The position numbers and the translations under genes are program-made. Positions 36,013 to 48,030 of a stretch of DNA of 64,000 bases are shown in pieces. Position 1 is the first letter of the stretch. Each line of letters opens with the position of its first letter. Origin of the DNA: Escherichia phage PHB12; the sequence record MK524178.1. One strand, 5' to 3'. The notes beneath the pieces were generated by a model. The model worked only from the letters and a program-made list of their open reading frames with translations, had not been told where the DNA came from and ran no database searches.

Positions 36013-37745
36013 TGGAAATGATTAGCAGTAGCCTTAATTGGTTCGTGGGTGTTGTCGAGGACAGAATGGACCCATTAAAACAAGGGCGAGTTCGAGTTCG
36101 AGTCGTTGGTCTTCATCCGGCGCAGAGAACACAAGGTGATGTACAAGGTATTCCTACAGAAAAACTTCCATGGATGACTGTTATTCAGCCTATTACGTCT
36201 GCATCAATGTCAGGTATTGGTGGTTCTGTTACAGGTCCTGTTGAAGGAACTCGAGTATATGGTCATTTCTTAGACAAATGGAAAACAAACGGGATTGTAC
36301 TTGGTACATATGGCGGAATAGTACGTGAAAAGCCTAATAGACTTGAAGGTTTTTCAGACCCGACAGGCCAGTATCCGCGACGTTTAGGTAATGATACGAA
36401 CGTATTAAACCAAGGTGGTGAAGCTGGTTATTATTCGAACTCTAACGTAATTCAAGATAACAACTTGGATTACGGTATAAACCCAGACGATACAGATTTA
36501 GCAAATATCCCAGAAGATGATGACCCTAATTTTACAATAACAGAAATGTTACGTCGTGATGAAGGTCTTCGTGATAAAGTGTATTGGGACCATCTCGGAT
36601 ATCCTACAGTAGGTATTGGACACCTTATCGTAATGGAAAAGACCCGAGATATGTCTCGAATTAATAAATTGTTATCTGATCAAGTAGGGCGTGAAGTAAC
36701 AGGAAATCCCGGGACTATTACATTAGAAGAAGCAACAGCTCTATTTGAGAAGGACCTTGCTAAGATGCAGAAAGACATTCGTTCTAATTCTAAAGTAGGT
36801 CCTGTTTATGCTAAAATGAACAGATCTCGCCAAATGGCATTAGAAAACATGTGCTTCCAGATGGGCGTTGGTGGTGTAGCAAAATTCAATACTATGCTTA
36901 AAGCAATGGCCACAGGCGATTGGAAAACCGCATACAAATCCGGACGCGATTCGTTATGGTTCCAACAGACTAAAGGGCGTGCTTCACGTGTAACAACAAT
37001 TATTTTAACCGGTAACATGGAATCATACGGTGTTCCTGTTAAAACACCGCCTTCGCCTGGTGTTGGTGCCGATTTAGTTACTAGAAATACCGATCCAGAA
37101 GACCCGGCTGGTCCTCCTGTTCCGTTAGATTCACGTATCCTTTTTAAAGAACCAGAATCAAGTTATCGTGGTGAGTATCCATACGTTCATGCTATGGAAA
37201 CAGAAAGCGGTCATATCCAAGAATTTGACGATACTCCAGGTAATGAACGTTATCGCTTAGTTCATCCAACAGGGTCATATGAGGAAGTTTCTCCGTCTGG
37301 GCGTCGTACTCGTAAAACTGTAGAAGACCTTTTTGACATCACTAACGGCGATGGGAATTTCCTGGTTTCTGGTGATAAACTTGTTAACGTTGGTGCTAAC
37401 GAAATATATTATAACATGGCAGACCGCCTCCATCAAATAGACGGCAACGACACAATCTTTATTCGTGGCAACCAAGTTAAAACTGTTGAAGGTGATGGAA
37501 CTCTTTACGTTAAGGGCAATATCAAAATAGTCGTTGACGGGAATGCAGATATTCTTGTTAAAGGTGATGCTAAAACTCAGGTCGAAGGGAATCATGATTA
37601 CACCGTCAACGGAAACGTTAAATGGACTGTTAATGGTAATGTTGATATGACTGTTGCCGGGGATTGGGCAGAAACAATGTCTACAATGAGCTCGGTAGCT
37701 TCAGGACAATACACTGTTGACGGATCTCGTATTGATATTGGGTAA
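36012..37745 (+). CDS. 5: baseplate hub and tail lysozyme (cell-puncturing device)
   Basis: 577 aa; central lysozyme domain and C-terminal VxGxxxxx beta-helix repeats. Confidence 0.93.
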   Translation: MEMISSSLNWFVGVVEDRMDPLKQGRVRVRVVGLHPAQRTQGDVQGIPTEKLPWMTVIQPITSASMSGIGGSVTGPVEGTRVYGHFLDKWKTNGIVLGTYGGIVREKPNRLEGFSDPTGQYPRRLGNDTNVLNQGGEAGYYSNSNVIQDNNLDYGINPDDTDLANIPEDDDPNFTITEMLRRDEGLRDKVYWDHLGYPTVGIGHLIVMEKTRDMSRINKLLSDQVGREVTGNPGTITLEEATALFEKDLAKMQKDIRSNSKVGPVYAKMNRSRQMALENMCFQMGVGGVAKFNTMLKAMATGDWKTAYKSGRDSLWFQQTKGRASRVTTIILTGNMESYGVPVKTPPSPGVGADLVTRNTDPEDPAGPPVPLDSRILFKEPESSYRGEYPYVHAMETESGHIQEFDDTPGNERYRLVHPTGSYEEVSPSGRRTRKTVEDLFDITNGDGNFLVSGDKLVNVGANEIYYNMADRLHQIDGNDTIFIRGNQVKTVEGDGTLYVKGNIKIVVDGNADILVKGDAKTQVEGNHDYTVNGNVKWTVNGNVDMTVAGDWAETMSTMSSVASGQYTVDGSRIDIG

Positions 37746-37748
37746 TAT

Positions 37749-38264
37749 ATGGCACAAATACTTCCTTTAAATACCGACTTAGGAGAAGACATGGAAGGGG
37801 CGTCTATTGACGTCCTTTTTACTCCACAGTTAGAAACAACCGAAACTTTAGTGTCAATAAATATAACAGATTATGAACCAACACAAGGCATTACAGTTGA
37901 CGGTAATCACTTATATGGAATATACGAAAGCGTATTTAGCTTTTCTTCAGATGCATTGAAATACCGATTAAATGATGATTTTGAAACCGCATCTTCATGG
38001 GATGATTTACCGAAAGATGAATCCACACAGTTATATTTGTGGAGAGCTCCTCAGAATCTTCGTAAAGTGTTTAGTTATACGGTTGAAATGATTTATAACC
38101 ACCAAGAAGAAAGTTCATCAGGCGGTTCTAGAAGTGACTCTGCTACAGAACCTCCACCGGCTCCAGTACAAAAAACTCTTACTAAGGTTTATACAAAAAC
38201 TATAGTAGGAAATTGGAGCAAATGGGCTCAACAATTACGAAACTATGTTTATGCGAGGCCATAA
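37749..38264 (+). CDS. 5.1: gp5.1-position protein, 171 aa
   Basis: Position between genes 5 and 5.4. Confidence 0.6.
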   Translation: MAQILPLNTDLGEDMEGASIDVLFTPQLETTETLVSINITDYEPTQGITVDGNHLYGIYESVFSFSSDALKYRLNDDFETASSWDDLPKDESTQLYLWRAPQNLRKVFSYTVEMIYNHQEESSSGGSRSDSATEPPPAPVQKTLTKVYTKTIVGNWSKWAQQLRNYVYARP

Positions 38265-38266
38265 AA

Positions 38267-38560
38267 ATGTCTGGATTAAGTTACGACCAGTGCGTTACAA
38301 CAGGTCATGAAGCATGGCCTCCTACAGTAATTAATGCTTCTCAATCTAAAGTATTCACTGGCGGTATTCCTGTTCTTGTGGCAGGAGACCAAATAACACC
38401 TCATACAGAAATTAAAAAACCGTACGAGACTCATGGTGGTGTTACTGAACCTCGTACATCTAAAGTATATGTCACCGGTAAAAAGGCCGTTCAAATGGCT
38501 GACCCAATTTCATGCGGGGATACTGTTTCTCAGGCCTCGTCAAAAGTCTTTATAAAATAG
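38267..38560 (+). CDS. 5.4: PAAR-repeat spike tip protein
   Basis: 97 aa from the ATG at 38267; PAAR-like size and position. Confidence 0.8.
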   Translation: MSGLSYDQCVTTGHEAWPPTVINASQSKVFTGGIPVLVAGDQITPHTEIKKPYETHGGVTEPRTSKVYVTGKKAVQMADPISCGDTVSQASSKVFIK

Positions 38561-38568
38561 GAATTAAA

Positions 38569-40539
38569 ATGGCAAACACTCCTGTAAATTATCAGTTAGT
38601 CAGAACGGCGAATGCTATTCCCGAAATTTTTATCGGGGGCACATTTGCCGAAATCAAACAGAACATTATCGAATGGCTCAATGGGCAGAATGAATTTCTT
38701 GATTATGATTTTGAAGGTTCGCGTTTAAACGTATTGTGTGACCTTTTAGCATATAACACTCTTTACATCCAACAGTTCAGTAATAGTGCAGTGTATGAAA
38801 GTTTTATGCGTACTGCAAACTTGCGTAGTTCTGTTGTACAAGCGGCTCAAGATAACGGATATCTGCCTTCATCTAAATCAGCAGCACAAACAGAAATTAT
38901 GCTCACATGCACGGATGCATTAAATAGAAACTATATCACCATTCCACGTGGCACTCGTTTCTTAGCATACGCTAAAGATACTTCTGTTAACCCGTATAAC
39001 TTTGTTTCTACTGAAGATGTCATTGTAGTTAAAGATAAAAATAATCAATATTTCCCACGTCTTAGGTTAGCTCAGGGACGTATTGTTCGCACTGAATTAA
39101 CATTTGATAAATTAAAACCTATCATTATTCGCGATAAGAACATCGATCGTAATTTGGTTAAATTGTATGTTGACGGAGCAGAATGGATTAACTGGACTCG
39201 CAAATCGATGGTTCATGCTGGTTCTACTTCAACCATTTATTATATGCGAGAAACTGTTGACGGGAACACTGAATTTTATTTTGGTGAAGGTGAAATCTCT
39301 ATTAACACATCAGAAGGTGCTTTAACATCCAACTACATTGGTGGCCTTAAACCTGTCCAGGGTTCTAAAATCGTAATTGAATATATTTCTACTAATGGTG
39401 CTGAAGCAAATGGTGCAGTAGGATTCTCTTATGCTGATACATTAGCTAATATCACAGTTATTGGAATTAATGAAAACCCGAGTAATAACCCTGACTTCGT
39501 TGGTGCGGATGGCGGTGGCGACCCTGAAGATATTGAACGTATCCGTGAATTAGGTACAATTAAACGCGAAACTCAACAACGATGTGTGACCGCGACTGAT
39601 TACGACACATTCGTCTCTGAGCGATTTGGTTCTATTATTCAAGCGGTTCAGACATTTACGGATTCATCTAAGCCTGGGTACGCATTTATTGCTGCTAAAC
39701 CTAAGTCTGGGTTATATTTGACTTCCGTCCAACGAGACGATATTAAAAATTATCTTAATGAGTATAACTTAGGGACGATAACTCCTGTTGTTATTTCTCC
39801 TGATTATTTGTTTATTAAAATGAATATTCGTGTTACGTATGCATTGAACAAATTACAGGAATCTGAACAATGGTTAGAAGGCCAAATTATTAATAAAATC
39901 GACCGTTATTATATTGAAGACGTGGAAATTTTTAACTCGTCATTCGCAAAATCTAAAATGTTAACGTATGTCGATGACGCAGATATTTCTATCATTGGTT
40001 CGTCTGCGACTATTCAAATGGTTCGCGAGGTACAGAACTTCTACAAAACACCTGAAACAGGTATTAAATACAATAACCAGATTAAAGATAGAACATTAGA
40101 ATCTAACGTGTTTTCATTTGATAGTTTACGCGTTGACCCTGAAACGGAAGTTACTATTAAATACGACGTTCGCATTGTAGGTTCAGATAGAAATGACCGA
40201 GGCATTGGACAAGTTATTATTGGCCCGTTTGCGGATGGCGACGTTATAGAAAACGCTTATATTCAACCATATACTGGTGACGATTTTAATAAACTTAATG
40301 TTAAGGACGGAAGAAACAAATATTACTCTATAGGTGAAGTAAATTATCCGGCTGATTCAATTTATTGGAATATAGCTAAAATTGATTTAACTTCTGATAG
40401 GTTTGAAGTTCAAACTATTGAACTCTATTCGGACCCAGCTGATGATGTTATCTTTACTAAAGACGGGTCGTTAATTGTATTTGAAAATGACTTACGTCCG
40501 CAATATTTAACCATAGATTTGGAGCCTATTTCACAATGA
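38569..40539 (+). CDS. 6: baseplate wedge protein gp6
   Basis: 656 aa from the ATG at 38569; canonical position. Confidence 0.88.
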   Translation: MANTPVNYQLVRTANAIPEIFIGGTFAEIKQNIIEWLNGQNEFLDYDFEGSRLNVLCDLLAYNTLYIQQFSNSAVYESFMRTANLRSSVVQAAQDNGYLPSSKSAAQTEIMLTCTDALNRNYITIPRGTRFLAYAKDTSVNPYNFVSTEDVIVVKDKNNQYFPRLRLAQGRIVRTELTFDKLKPIIIRDKNIDRNLVKLYVDGAEWINWTRKSMVHAGSTSTIYYMRETVDGNTEFYFGEGEISINTSEGALTSNYIGGLKPVQGSKIVIEYISTNGAEANGAVGFSYADTLANITVIGINENPSNNPDFVGADGGGDPEDIERIRELGTIKRETQQRCVTATDYDTFVSERFGSIIQAVQTFTDSSKPGYAFIAAKPKSGLYLTSVQRDDIKNYLNEYNLGTITPVVISPDYLFIKMNIRVTYALNKLQESEQWLEGQIINKIDRYYIEDVEIFNSSFAKSKMLTYVDDADISIIGSSATIQMVREVQNFYKTPETGIKYNNQIKDRTLESNVFSFDSLRVDPETEVTIKYDVRIVGSDRNDRGIGQVIIGPFADGDVIENAYIQPYTGDDFNKLNVKDGRNKYYSIGEVNYPADSIYWNIAKIDLTSDRFEVQTIELYSDPADDVIFTKDGSLIVFENDLRPQYLTIDLEPISQ

Positions 40540-43500
40540 CAGTAAAAGCGCCAGCAGTCACGAGTCTCAGATTATCTAAATTGTCCGCAAACCAAGTTCA
40601 AATTCGCTGGGATGAGGTTGGCGCTAATTTCTACTATTTTGTGGAAATAGCTGAGACCAAAACAGCTAATGGGGAAGCAATTCCCCGTAATAGCTATAGA
40701 TGGACTAATTTAGGATATACCGCTGATAACAATTTCTTTGAGTCTGGTTTAAATTCATTAACAACATATATGATGCGTGTGGCTACAGCAGCGGAGGGAT
40801 TTGAGCAGTCTGATTGGAGATACACCGAAGAGTTTGAAACATTTGAAATAAACGCTTATACATTCCAACATATGATTGAAATGCAATTAGCTAATGAGTT
40901 TATTTCTGAAAAATTTACAAAAAATAATACCAACTACGTTGATTTTAATAATGACACGATCATGGCAGCACTGATGAGCGAGTCGTTCCAATTTAGTCCT
41001 GCATACACCGATGTGTCATCGATTAGAAATTTTATAATTGGCGAAAATCAGTATCATGAAATCCAGGGGCATATCCAGGACGTATGTAAAGATATAAATC
41101 GAGTATATCTAATGGAATCTGAAGGAATTCTTTACCTTTTTGAAAGATTCCAACCTATTGTAAAAGTGTCTAATGATAAAGGCCAAACATGGAAAGCGGT
41201 TAAATTGCTTAATGACCGTGTAGGATATCCACTTTCACGAACCGTATATTACCAATCAGAATATACGACGTATTTGCTCGGCTATGATAAGATTTTTTAC
41301 GGGCGTAAATCATCCGATATTCGTTGGTCTGCTGATGATGTTCGTTTCAGTTCACAAGATGTAACATTTGCTAAAATCGGGGACCGATTAAATTTAGGTT
41401 TTGATGTAGAGATTTTCGGTACATACGCGTCATTACCAGGAAACGTATCACGTATTGCAGAAGCTATTACTTGTAATGATGACTATGTTTATATTGCGGC
41501 CAGAGATAAAGTTCGCTTCGTTAAAACCAGTAACGCTCCTATTGATTCAGATCCATTATCTCCGACCTATTCCGAACGATTGTTTGAACCTGAGACGTTT
41601 ACAATAACAGGCAACCCTAAAGCAGTTTGTTATAAAATGGATTCTGTTGGTGGAAGAATATTCGCTCTTATTATTGGTGAAGTCGAAAACGTTAATGACG
41701 ACCCAAGAACAAAGCCTATTTTGGATTCCGTTGATAAAGGTGTATACGTTTTAGACCATGACGCTGGAACATTTAAAAGGATATTTGGTAATACCGAAGA
41801 AGAACGCCGTCGTATAGAACCGGCTTTCACCAATATGTCTACTGATGGTGTTGAGCTTTATATCTCTTCTAGTAATTTTAAATTTTTAGAATCTGATATT
41901 GTTGACGACCCAGAAACGCAATCTAAGTATGGACTTTTAGGAGCAGTTAAGTATGAATATCCTAGAGAATGGCTCGCAGATAAACATTACCATATGATGA
42001 TTTTCGCATCAAACGAAGAAAGTAATTGGGAAACTTTTTCACCAACTCCTATGCAGTATTATGCAGAACCTTTCTTTAGTTATTCTAGAAAATCAGGCAC
42101 ACGTTCTTGGATTAATAACTCTGATAGAGCGGTAGTGATTTATTCTGATTTGCTTTACACAAAGGTAGTGGAAGGCCACCCTAGCACTTCACCTGATCGT
42201 AAAGTTCATGAATACTGGAACGATGGTGATTGTAAGATTGTTATGCCGAATATAGAATTCACTGGATTTAAAAAATACGCATCTGGTATGTTGTTTTATA
42301 AATCATCAGGTGAAATAATTTCATATTACGATTTTAGTTATCGTGTTAGAGATAACGTTTCTATAATTTGGAAGCCCACTAACGTATTTTTGACCTCCTC
42401 ATTACAAAACCAAGAAAAAGAAACTTCTTGGGTTCCTGTTGAAGAGACAGGTCTAGCTGACCCGGATTTACGCCCATTACTCACTACAATGATGCCAGAG
42501 TCTTATCTGTTGGATAATACAAACTTTGAAGCATTTTGTGAAGCGTATATTCAATATCTTTCTGATGGATACGGGACTCATTATAATAACTTATTGAATT
42601 TGATTAAAAATAAATACCCACGAGAAGAACACGCATGGGAATATCTTTGGTCTGAAATTTATAAACGGAACATTTATTTGAATGCTGAGAAACGTGATCT
42701 AGTTTCTAGGTTCTTTGAGTCCAGAAGTTACGATTTTTATTCTACTAAAGGAACTGAAGCGTCGTATAAGTTTTTGTTTAAAGTTCTTTATAACGAAGAC
42801 GTTGAAGTGGAAATTGAGTCATCTGCTGGAACAGAGTACGATATCATAATTCAATCTGATTCTATAAGTGAAGATTTGGTTGGACAAACTATATACACCG
42901 CTACAGGTAGATGTAATGTTACATATTTAGAAAGAAGCTATTCTAAAGGTAAATTACAATGGACTGTGACTATTCATAACCTTTTAGGTAGGCTTTTAGT
43001 CGGTCAAGAAGTAAAAGCCGAAAGACTAGCAGATTTTGAAGGTGAAATAGTTCGCGGTATTAAAGGTAAAGAACTTGCCCAAAACACTATTGATTATTTT
43101 AATCGTGGTAGAGCTTATTACGTCATGAAAATAAAGTCAAATCTTCCATCCTCTCGTTGGAAATCTGACGTACTACGTTTTGTACATCCGGTAGGATTTG
43201 GATTTATTGCAATAACCTTATTAACAATGTTTATTAATACAGGATTAACGCTTAAACATGTTGAAACTATTATTAATAAATATAAAAATTATAAGTGGGA
43301 TTCCGGACTGCCTACGGAATATGCAGACCGCGTCGCTCGTTTAGACCCTCAAGGTAATGTAGAATTCAATCCTGTTACAGGTGAAGTAATTTATGATGCC
43401 GGTCCTTATGCCGGTATCGAATACCCTTTACCTGCAAATTATAACGAAGAAAATGATAACTCTATTTTCCAAGGACAATTACCGTCCGAACGACGCAAGC

Positions 43501-43634
43501 CAATGAGCCCATTATTTGATGCATCAGGTACAACGTTCTCTAGATTTAGAGAGCTTGTTAATGAAAGATTGTTAGATAACGTGGGAAATCCTAGAGACCC
43601 GATTAATCCACCACAGGTTAAATTAGATGAATGA
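40536..43634 (+). CDS. 7: baseplate wedge initiator gp7
   Basis: 1032 aa, the same length as T4 gp7. Confidence 0.9.
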   Translation: MTVKAPAVTSLRLSKLSANQVQIRWDEVGANFYYFVEIAETKTANGEAIPRNSYRWTNLGYTADNNFFESGLNSLTTYMMRVATAAEGFEQSDWRYTEEFETFEINAYTFQHMIEMQLANEFISEKFTKNNTNYVDFNNDTIMAALMSESFQFSPAYTDVSSIRNFIIGENQYHEIQGHIQDVCKDINRVYLMESEGILYLFERFQPIVKVSNDKGQTWKAVKLLNDRVGYPLSRTVYYQSEYTTYLLGYDKIFYGRKSSDIRWSADDVRFSSQDVTFAKIGDRLNLGFDVEIFGTYASLPGNVSRIAEAITCNDDYVYIAARDKVRFVKTSNAPIDSDPLSPTYSERLFEPETFTITGNPKAVCYKMDSVGGRIFALIIGEVENVNDDPRTKPILDSVDKGVYVLDHDAGTFKRIFGNTEEERRRIEPAFTNMSTDGVELYISSSNFKFLESDIVDDPETQSKYGLLGAVKYEYPREWLADKHYHMMIFASNEESNWETFSPTPMQYYAEPFFSYSRKSGTRSWINNSDRAVVIYSDLLYTKVVEGHPSTSPDRKVHEYWNDGDCKIVMPNIEFTGFKKYASGMLFYKSSGEIISYYDFSYRVRDNVSIIWKPTNVFLTSSLQNQEKETSWVPVEETGLADPDLRPLLTTMMPESYLLDNTNFEAFCEAYIQYLSDGYGTHYNNLLNLIKNKYPREEHAWEYLWSEIYKRNIYLNAEKRDLVSRFFESRSYDFYSTKGTEASYKFLFKVLYNEDVEVEIESSAGTEYDIIIQSDSISEDLVGQTIYTATGRCNVTYLERSYSKGKLQWTVTIHNLLGRLLVGQEVKAERLADFEGEIVRGIKGKELAQNTIDYFNRGRAYYVMKIKSNLPSSRWKSDVLRFVHPVGFGFIAITLLTMFINTGLTLKHVETIINKYKNYKWDSGLPTEYADRVARLDPQGNVEFNPVTGEVIYDAGPYAGIEYPLPANYNEENDNSIFQGQLPSERRKPMSPLFDASGTTFSRFRELVNERLLDNVGNPRDPINPPQVKLDE

Positions 43635-44631
43635 TTCAAGTGTTGTCTATCGTGCGATAGTTACTTCAAAATTTAGAACTGAAAAAATGTTGAATTTCTA
43701 CAATTCAATAGGTGATGGTGATAATAAAAACACCATCTTTATAACGTTTGGTCGGTCTGAACCATGGGCTGCTAATGAAAATGAGGTGGGCTTCGCCCCA
43801 CCATATCCAACAGACTCTGTTTTAGGTGTAACAGATATGTGGACTAACATGATGGGTTTAGTTAAAGTTATCCCATCTATGTTAGACTCGGTTATTCCTA
43901 GACGTGACTGGGGAGATATTCGTTATCCAGACCCTTATACATTCAAAATAAATGATATAGTCGTATGTAATACAGCCCCATATAATGCCACTGAAGTCGG
44001 GGCCGGATGGTTAGTATATCGTTGCGTAGATGTTCCTGATGTTGGGATGTGTTCTATTGAGTCTCTCGACAACAAAGAAGAATGTCTTAAATTAGGTGGT
44101 AAATGGACTCCGTCTGTTAGGTCTTTAACCCCTCCTGAAGGCCGTGGAGATGCTGAAGGGATTATCGAAGTTGGTGATGGATATATATGGGAGTATCTTT
44201 ATGAGATTCCGCCTGATGTGTCTATAAACCGATGTACTAATGAATATATAGTCGTTCCATGGCCGGAAGAAGTTAAAGAAGACCCTGCTCGTTGGGGATA
44301 TGAAAACAATCTAACCTGGCAGCAAGATGATTTTGGCCTTGTTTATAGAGTTAAAGCAAACATAATTCGTTTTAAAGCCTATTTAGACTCAGTTTATTTC
44401 CCTAATGCAGCACTGCCAGGTAATAAAGGATTTAGACAAATTTCTATTATCACAAACCCCTTGGAAGCTAAACTCCGTCCTAATGACCCTAATATAAAGG
44501 CTGAAAAGGATTATTATGACCCCAGAGATTTACAGCGTCATTCTGGTGAAATGATTTATATGGAAAACCGTCCACCTATTATTATGGCAATGGATCAAAC
44601 CGAAGAGATCAATATTTTGTTTATGTTCTAA
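43627..44631 (+). CDS. 8: baseplate wedge protein gp8
   Basis: 334 aa; canonical position. Confidence 0.9.
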   Translation: MNDSSVVYRAIVTSKFRTEKMLNFYNSIGDGDNKNTIFITFGRSEPWAANENEVGFAPPYPTDSVLGVTDMWTNMMGLVKVIPSMLDSVIPRRDWGDIRYPDPYTFKINDIVVCNTAPYNATEVGAGWLVYRCVDVPDVGMCSIESLDNKEECLKLGGKWTPSVRSLTPPEGRGDAEGIIEVGDGYIWEYLYEIPPDVSINRCTNEYIVVPWPEEVKEDPARWGYENNLTWQQDDFGLVYRVKANIIRFKAYLDSVYFPNAALPGNKGFRQISIITNPLEAKLRPNDPNIKAEKDYYDPRDLQRHSGEMIYMENRPPIIMAMDQTEEINILFMF

Positions 44632-44635
44632 TTTA

Positions 44636-44660
44636 GGGAGACTTCGGTCTCCCTTTCGTG
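44636..44660 (+). terminator. intrinsic terminator after gene 8
   Basis: GGGAGAC-ttcg-GTCTCCC hairpin followed by TTTCGTG; identical hairpin recurs after gene 23. Confidence 0.7.
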
Positions 44661-44668
44661 TATAAATA
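44661..44668 (+). promoter_or_regulatory. late promoter TATAAATA for gene 9
   Basis: Exact consensus about 25 nt upstream of the gene 9 ATG. Confidence 0.7.
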
Positions 44669-44693
44669 GTATAAACTATTAAGGATTAGCCAC

Positions 44694-45557
44694 ATGTATA
44701 TTCAAACTCCAAAACAATTGATTGACGTTGGCGAAATTGGTAACGCTTCTACAGGCGATATCCTTTTTGACGGCGGTGTTAAAATAAACAATGATATAAA
44801 TGCTATTTACAATGCGTTTGGTGACCAACGAAAAATGGCAACTGCTAATGGGACAGGACCAAATGGACAAATAATCCATGCCACTGGATACTACCAAAAA
44901 GGAGGCCCTACTGATTATTTCACCCCTGTTCCAGTAGGAAGTAGACACGACATAGATGCTTCTACCGGTGGTGTTATTGTTACTGTTGCTAGAGGTGAAC
45001 TCGGCGATTCCGTGGAATTTATAAATTCAAACGGGTCAATTTCTGTAAACAACCCATTAAGTATCCAAGCATTAGATTCTATTAAAGGTGTTGCAGGTAA
45101 TTTAGTTATAACTACACCTTATACTAAAGTTACTCTTCGTTGTATTTCTTCTGGTGCAGGCGGTTCAATATGGGATTATTCTACAGAAAGTATGTTTAGT
45201 CATACCGAAATTCCTGTAGACGGGACATGGAATATTATTTCAGACTATGTCAATATTCCTCTATTTTATAAAACTGAATATAATGCTGCTAAACTTTTGG
45301 TTACATGCCAATCTGCCAACGGCAGAAAAATTAAATCATGCGAAATAAATATTCTAATAGATACAATTAATTCAAGAGTTATTTCAACCGAATACGCAGT
45401 GATGCGCGTTGGTAATGATAACGAAGAAGATGAAATTGCGAATATTAGTTTTTCGATAATTAACAATTTTGCCACTATGACAGTTTCTTCACATATAAAT
45501 GGTCTTCGAGTGGCAGCTAAAGTTATTTCAACTCAGAAAATTAGGGTCGCTCAATAA
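44694..45557 (+). CDS. 9: baseplate protein gp9 (long tail fibre socket)
   Basis: 287 aa; canonical position. Confidence 0.9.
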   Translation: MYIQTPKQLIDVGEIGNASTGDILFDGGVKINNDINAIYNAFGDQRKMATANGTGPNGQIIHATGYYQKGGPTDYFTPVPVGSRHDIDASTGGVIVTVARGELGDSVEFINSNGSISVNNPLSIQALDSIKGVAGNLVITTPYTKVTLRCISSGAGGSIWDYSTESMFSHTEIPVDGTWNIISDYVNIPLFYKTEYNAAKLLVTCQSANGRKIKSCEINILIDTINSRVISTEYAVMRVGNDNEEDEIANISFSIINNFATMTVSSHINGLRVAAKVISTQKIRVAQ

Positions 45558-47371
45558 TGAAACAAAATATTAAAATTGGGAACGTCGTTGATGACGGACA
45601 AGGCGATTACCTTCGTCGTGGTGGTGCAAAAATTAATGAAAACTTTGATGAGTTGTATTATGAATTAGGCGATGGCGAAGTTCCGTATTCCGCTGGTGCC
45701 TGGAAAACATACCATTCTTCAGATGGACTTAATTTAGCTGCTGAATGGGGTAAATCATACGCAATTGATACTTCAACAGGGCGTGTTTCTATAAATTTAC
45801 CTAAAGGAACAGTGGAAGATTATAATAAAGTAATTAGAGCCCGTGATGTATTCGCCACATGGAATATTAACCCTGTAACATTAATTGCTGCCAGTGGTGA
45901 TACTATTAAAGGTTCTTCTAGCCCAGTAGAAATCAATGTGCAGTTTTCAGACTTAGAATTAGTTTACTGCTCTCCTGGGCGCTGGGAATACGTTAAAAAT
46001 AAACAAATAGACAAAATTACTAGTTCTGATATTAGTAGTGTAGCTCGTAAAGAATTTTTAGTCGAAGTTCAAGGTCAAACTGATTTTCTTGATGTATTTG
46101 GGTCTGTTTCTTATAATGTGAATAATATCCGTGTAAAACATCGTGGTAACGAATTATACTACGGTGATGCGTTCAGTGACAATAGTGACTTTGGTTCTCC
46201 AGGAGCTAATCCTGGAGAAATCGTTGCATTAGATGGTAAAAACATCCGTTTAAGACAACCATGTAATATTGGCGACACCGTACAAATTGAAACCTTTTTG
46301 GATGGGATTACACAATTACGCAGTTCTTATTCTCGCCGCCAAATACGTATTTTAGATTCGAAATTAACAACCCGTCCTTCCTTAGAAGGAAGTGTATATG
46401 TCGCTGATTTGTCAACTTTGAAATCTATTCCTTTTTCGGCATTTGGAGTTAATCCTTCAGAACCGGTCAATACCAATTCTTTAGAAGTTCGTTTTAATGG
46501 TATTCTTCAAGAATTAGCTGGTACTGTTGGTTTACCTATGTTCAGATGTGAAGGTGCTGATGCAGAAACTTCTACCGAGTGTTCAGCTTTAGGTGGGACT
46601 TGGGTTACATCTAACACCGATTATTCTATTGAATATGATGATAACGATGCAACTATTGCACGTGCTTTAGTCTTTGACCGTAAGTTTGAAGACCAAGACA
46701 TTATTGATATTACATGGTTTAATAACGATTTAGGCACTTTATTAAGTATCGATGACATTTTAGATACAACTGATGAAAAGTATGTCGCACAAGGTGCAAC
46801 CGTAAATGTGACCGGCGATGTGGCTTTGACCGATTTCAATAATATCGGATGGCCTAATGTAGAATCTGTTCCGGCATATAGCAGGGAATTCTCATCTATT
46901 GCAAATATTTTTAACACTATTTACCCTGTCGGTACTATTTACGAAAATGCAGTGAACCCTAATAACCCAGCCACGTATTTAGGATTTGGTTCTTGGAAAT
47001 TATGGGGACAAGGAAAAGTATTAGTTGGATGGAACGACGATATTAGCGATCCTAATTTTGCATTAAATAATAACGACCTTGATTCTAGCGGGAATCCTAC
47101 ACATACCGCCGGTGGAACAGTCGGAACAACGTCTAACACACTAACTAATTCTGATTTACCTCCTACTCAAACTGACGAGAAAGTTCTTATTTCCGATGAG
47201 AACGGTACAATTATTATTGGTGGATGTCAATACGACCCTGATGCAGAAGGTCCTATATACACCAAATACCGTGAAGGCCACGCCACAACGAATAGTACAC
47301 ACATACCGCCTCAAGCCGTAAATAATATTCAACCGTCAATTACCGTATACCGTTGGGTAAGGATTGCATAA
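45557..47371 (+). CDS. 10: baseplate wedge protein gp10
   Basis: 604 aa; canonical position. Confidence 0.9.
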   Translation: MKQNIKIGNVVDDGQGDYLRRGGAKINENFDELYYELGDGEVPYSAGAWKTYHSSDGLNLAAEWGKSYAIDTSTGRVSINLPKGTVEDYNKVIRARDVFATWNINPVTLIAASGDTIKGSSSPVEINVQFSDLELVYCSPGRWEYVKNKQIDKITSSDISSVARKEFLVEVQGQTDFLDVFGSVSYNVNNIRVKHRGNELYYGDAFSDNSDFGSPGANPGEIVALDGKNIRLRQPCNIGDTVQIETFLDGITQLRSSYSRRQIRILDSKLTTRPSLEGSVYVADLSTLKSIPFSAFGVNPSEPVNTNSLEVRFNGILQELAGTVGLPMFRCEGADAETSTECSALGGTWVTSNTDYSIEYDDNDATIARALVFDRKFEDQDIIDITWFNNDLGTLLSIDDILDTTDEKYVAQGATVNVTGDVALTDFNNIGWPNVESVPAYSREFSSIANIFNTIYPVGTIYENAVNPNNPATYLGFGSWKLWGQGKVLVGWNDDISDPNFALNNNDLDSSGNPTHTAGGTVGTTSNTLTNSDLPPTQTDEKVLISDENGTIIIGGCQYDPDAEGPIYTKYREGHATTNSTHIPPQAVNNIQPSITVYRWVRIA

Positions 47372-48030
47372 TGACAATACTTAATACTAAAGCGGGAGTA
47401 ATATCCCGCGAAGCAGATTTTTTAGGATTTAGAAAAAATCCTACTCAAATTGATATTTTAAACAACCAAGGCGTAGGTTCTGTAACCATTTCTCAATTGG
47501 CAAAAGGATTCTACGATGATAACGTAGAATCTGCAATAAACGATGTTCATAATATTGCTAGAGCAGATGTAGGAACAGTTACAATTAACACCTCAGGTGT
47601 ATCTCCTGAAGGAACTTCACAGGTAGATTATTGGTCCTTTAGTGGAAGTGTAACTGACCCTAGTTTGCCCGATGGAAGCCCTGTTATTGTAAAAGTTTAC
47701 GGGCTTCCTGTTAATGCTACTGTAGGTATGACAGCCGACGAATTTGTTGTACAATTACGTACTACTCTCCAGAATGCGATTTCCGACCAATTGGCTATTG
47801 CAGAGTATAAAGATGACCCTACTGTTGGGACTAAATTACAAATAACATATTTAGATAACCAAAGACACGTACTCCCAACGTATTCCGCTTATGGTATCAC
47901 GGTTTCTCAAGAAATAGTGTCTCAGGCTAAGTCCGGGTACGGCACTTGGAATTTACTAGGTGCGCAAACCCTTACTCTTGACAACCATAATTCACCTACA
48001 ACCTTTTATTATTTTGTGAGAACCGCATGA
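47371..48030 (+). CDS. 11: baseplate wedge protein gp11
   Basis: 219 aa from the ATG overlapping the gene 10 stop (TAATG); matches T4 gp11 as recalled. Confidence 0.9.
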   Translation: MTILNTKAGVISREADFLGFRKNPTQIDILNNQGVGSVTISQLAKGFYDDNVESAINDVHNIARADVGTVTINTSGVSPEGTSQVDYWSFSGSVTDPSLPDGSPVIVKVYGLPVNATVGMTADEFVVQLRTTLQNAISDQLAIAEYKDDPTVGTKLQITYLDNQRHVLPTYSAYGITVSQEIVSQAKSGYGTWNLLGAQTLTLDNHNSPTTFYYFVRTA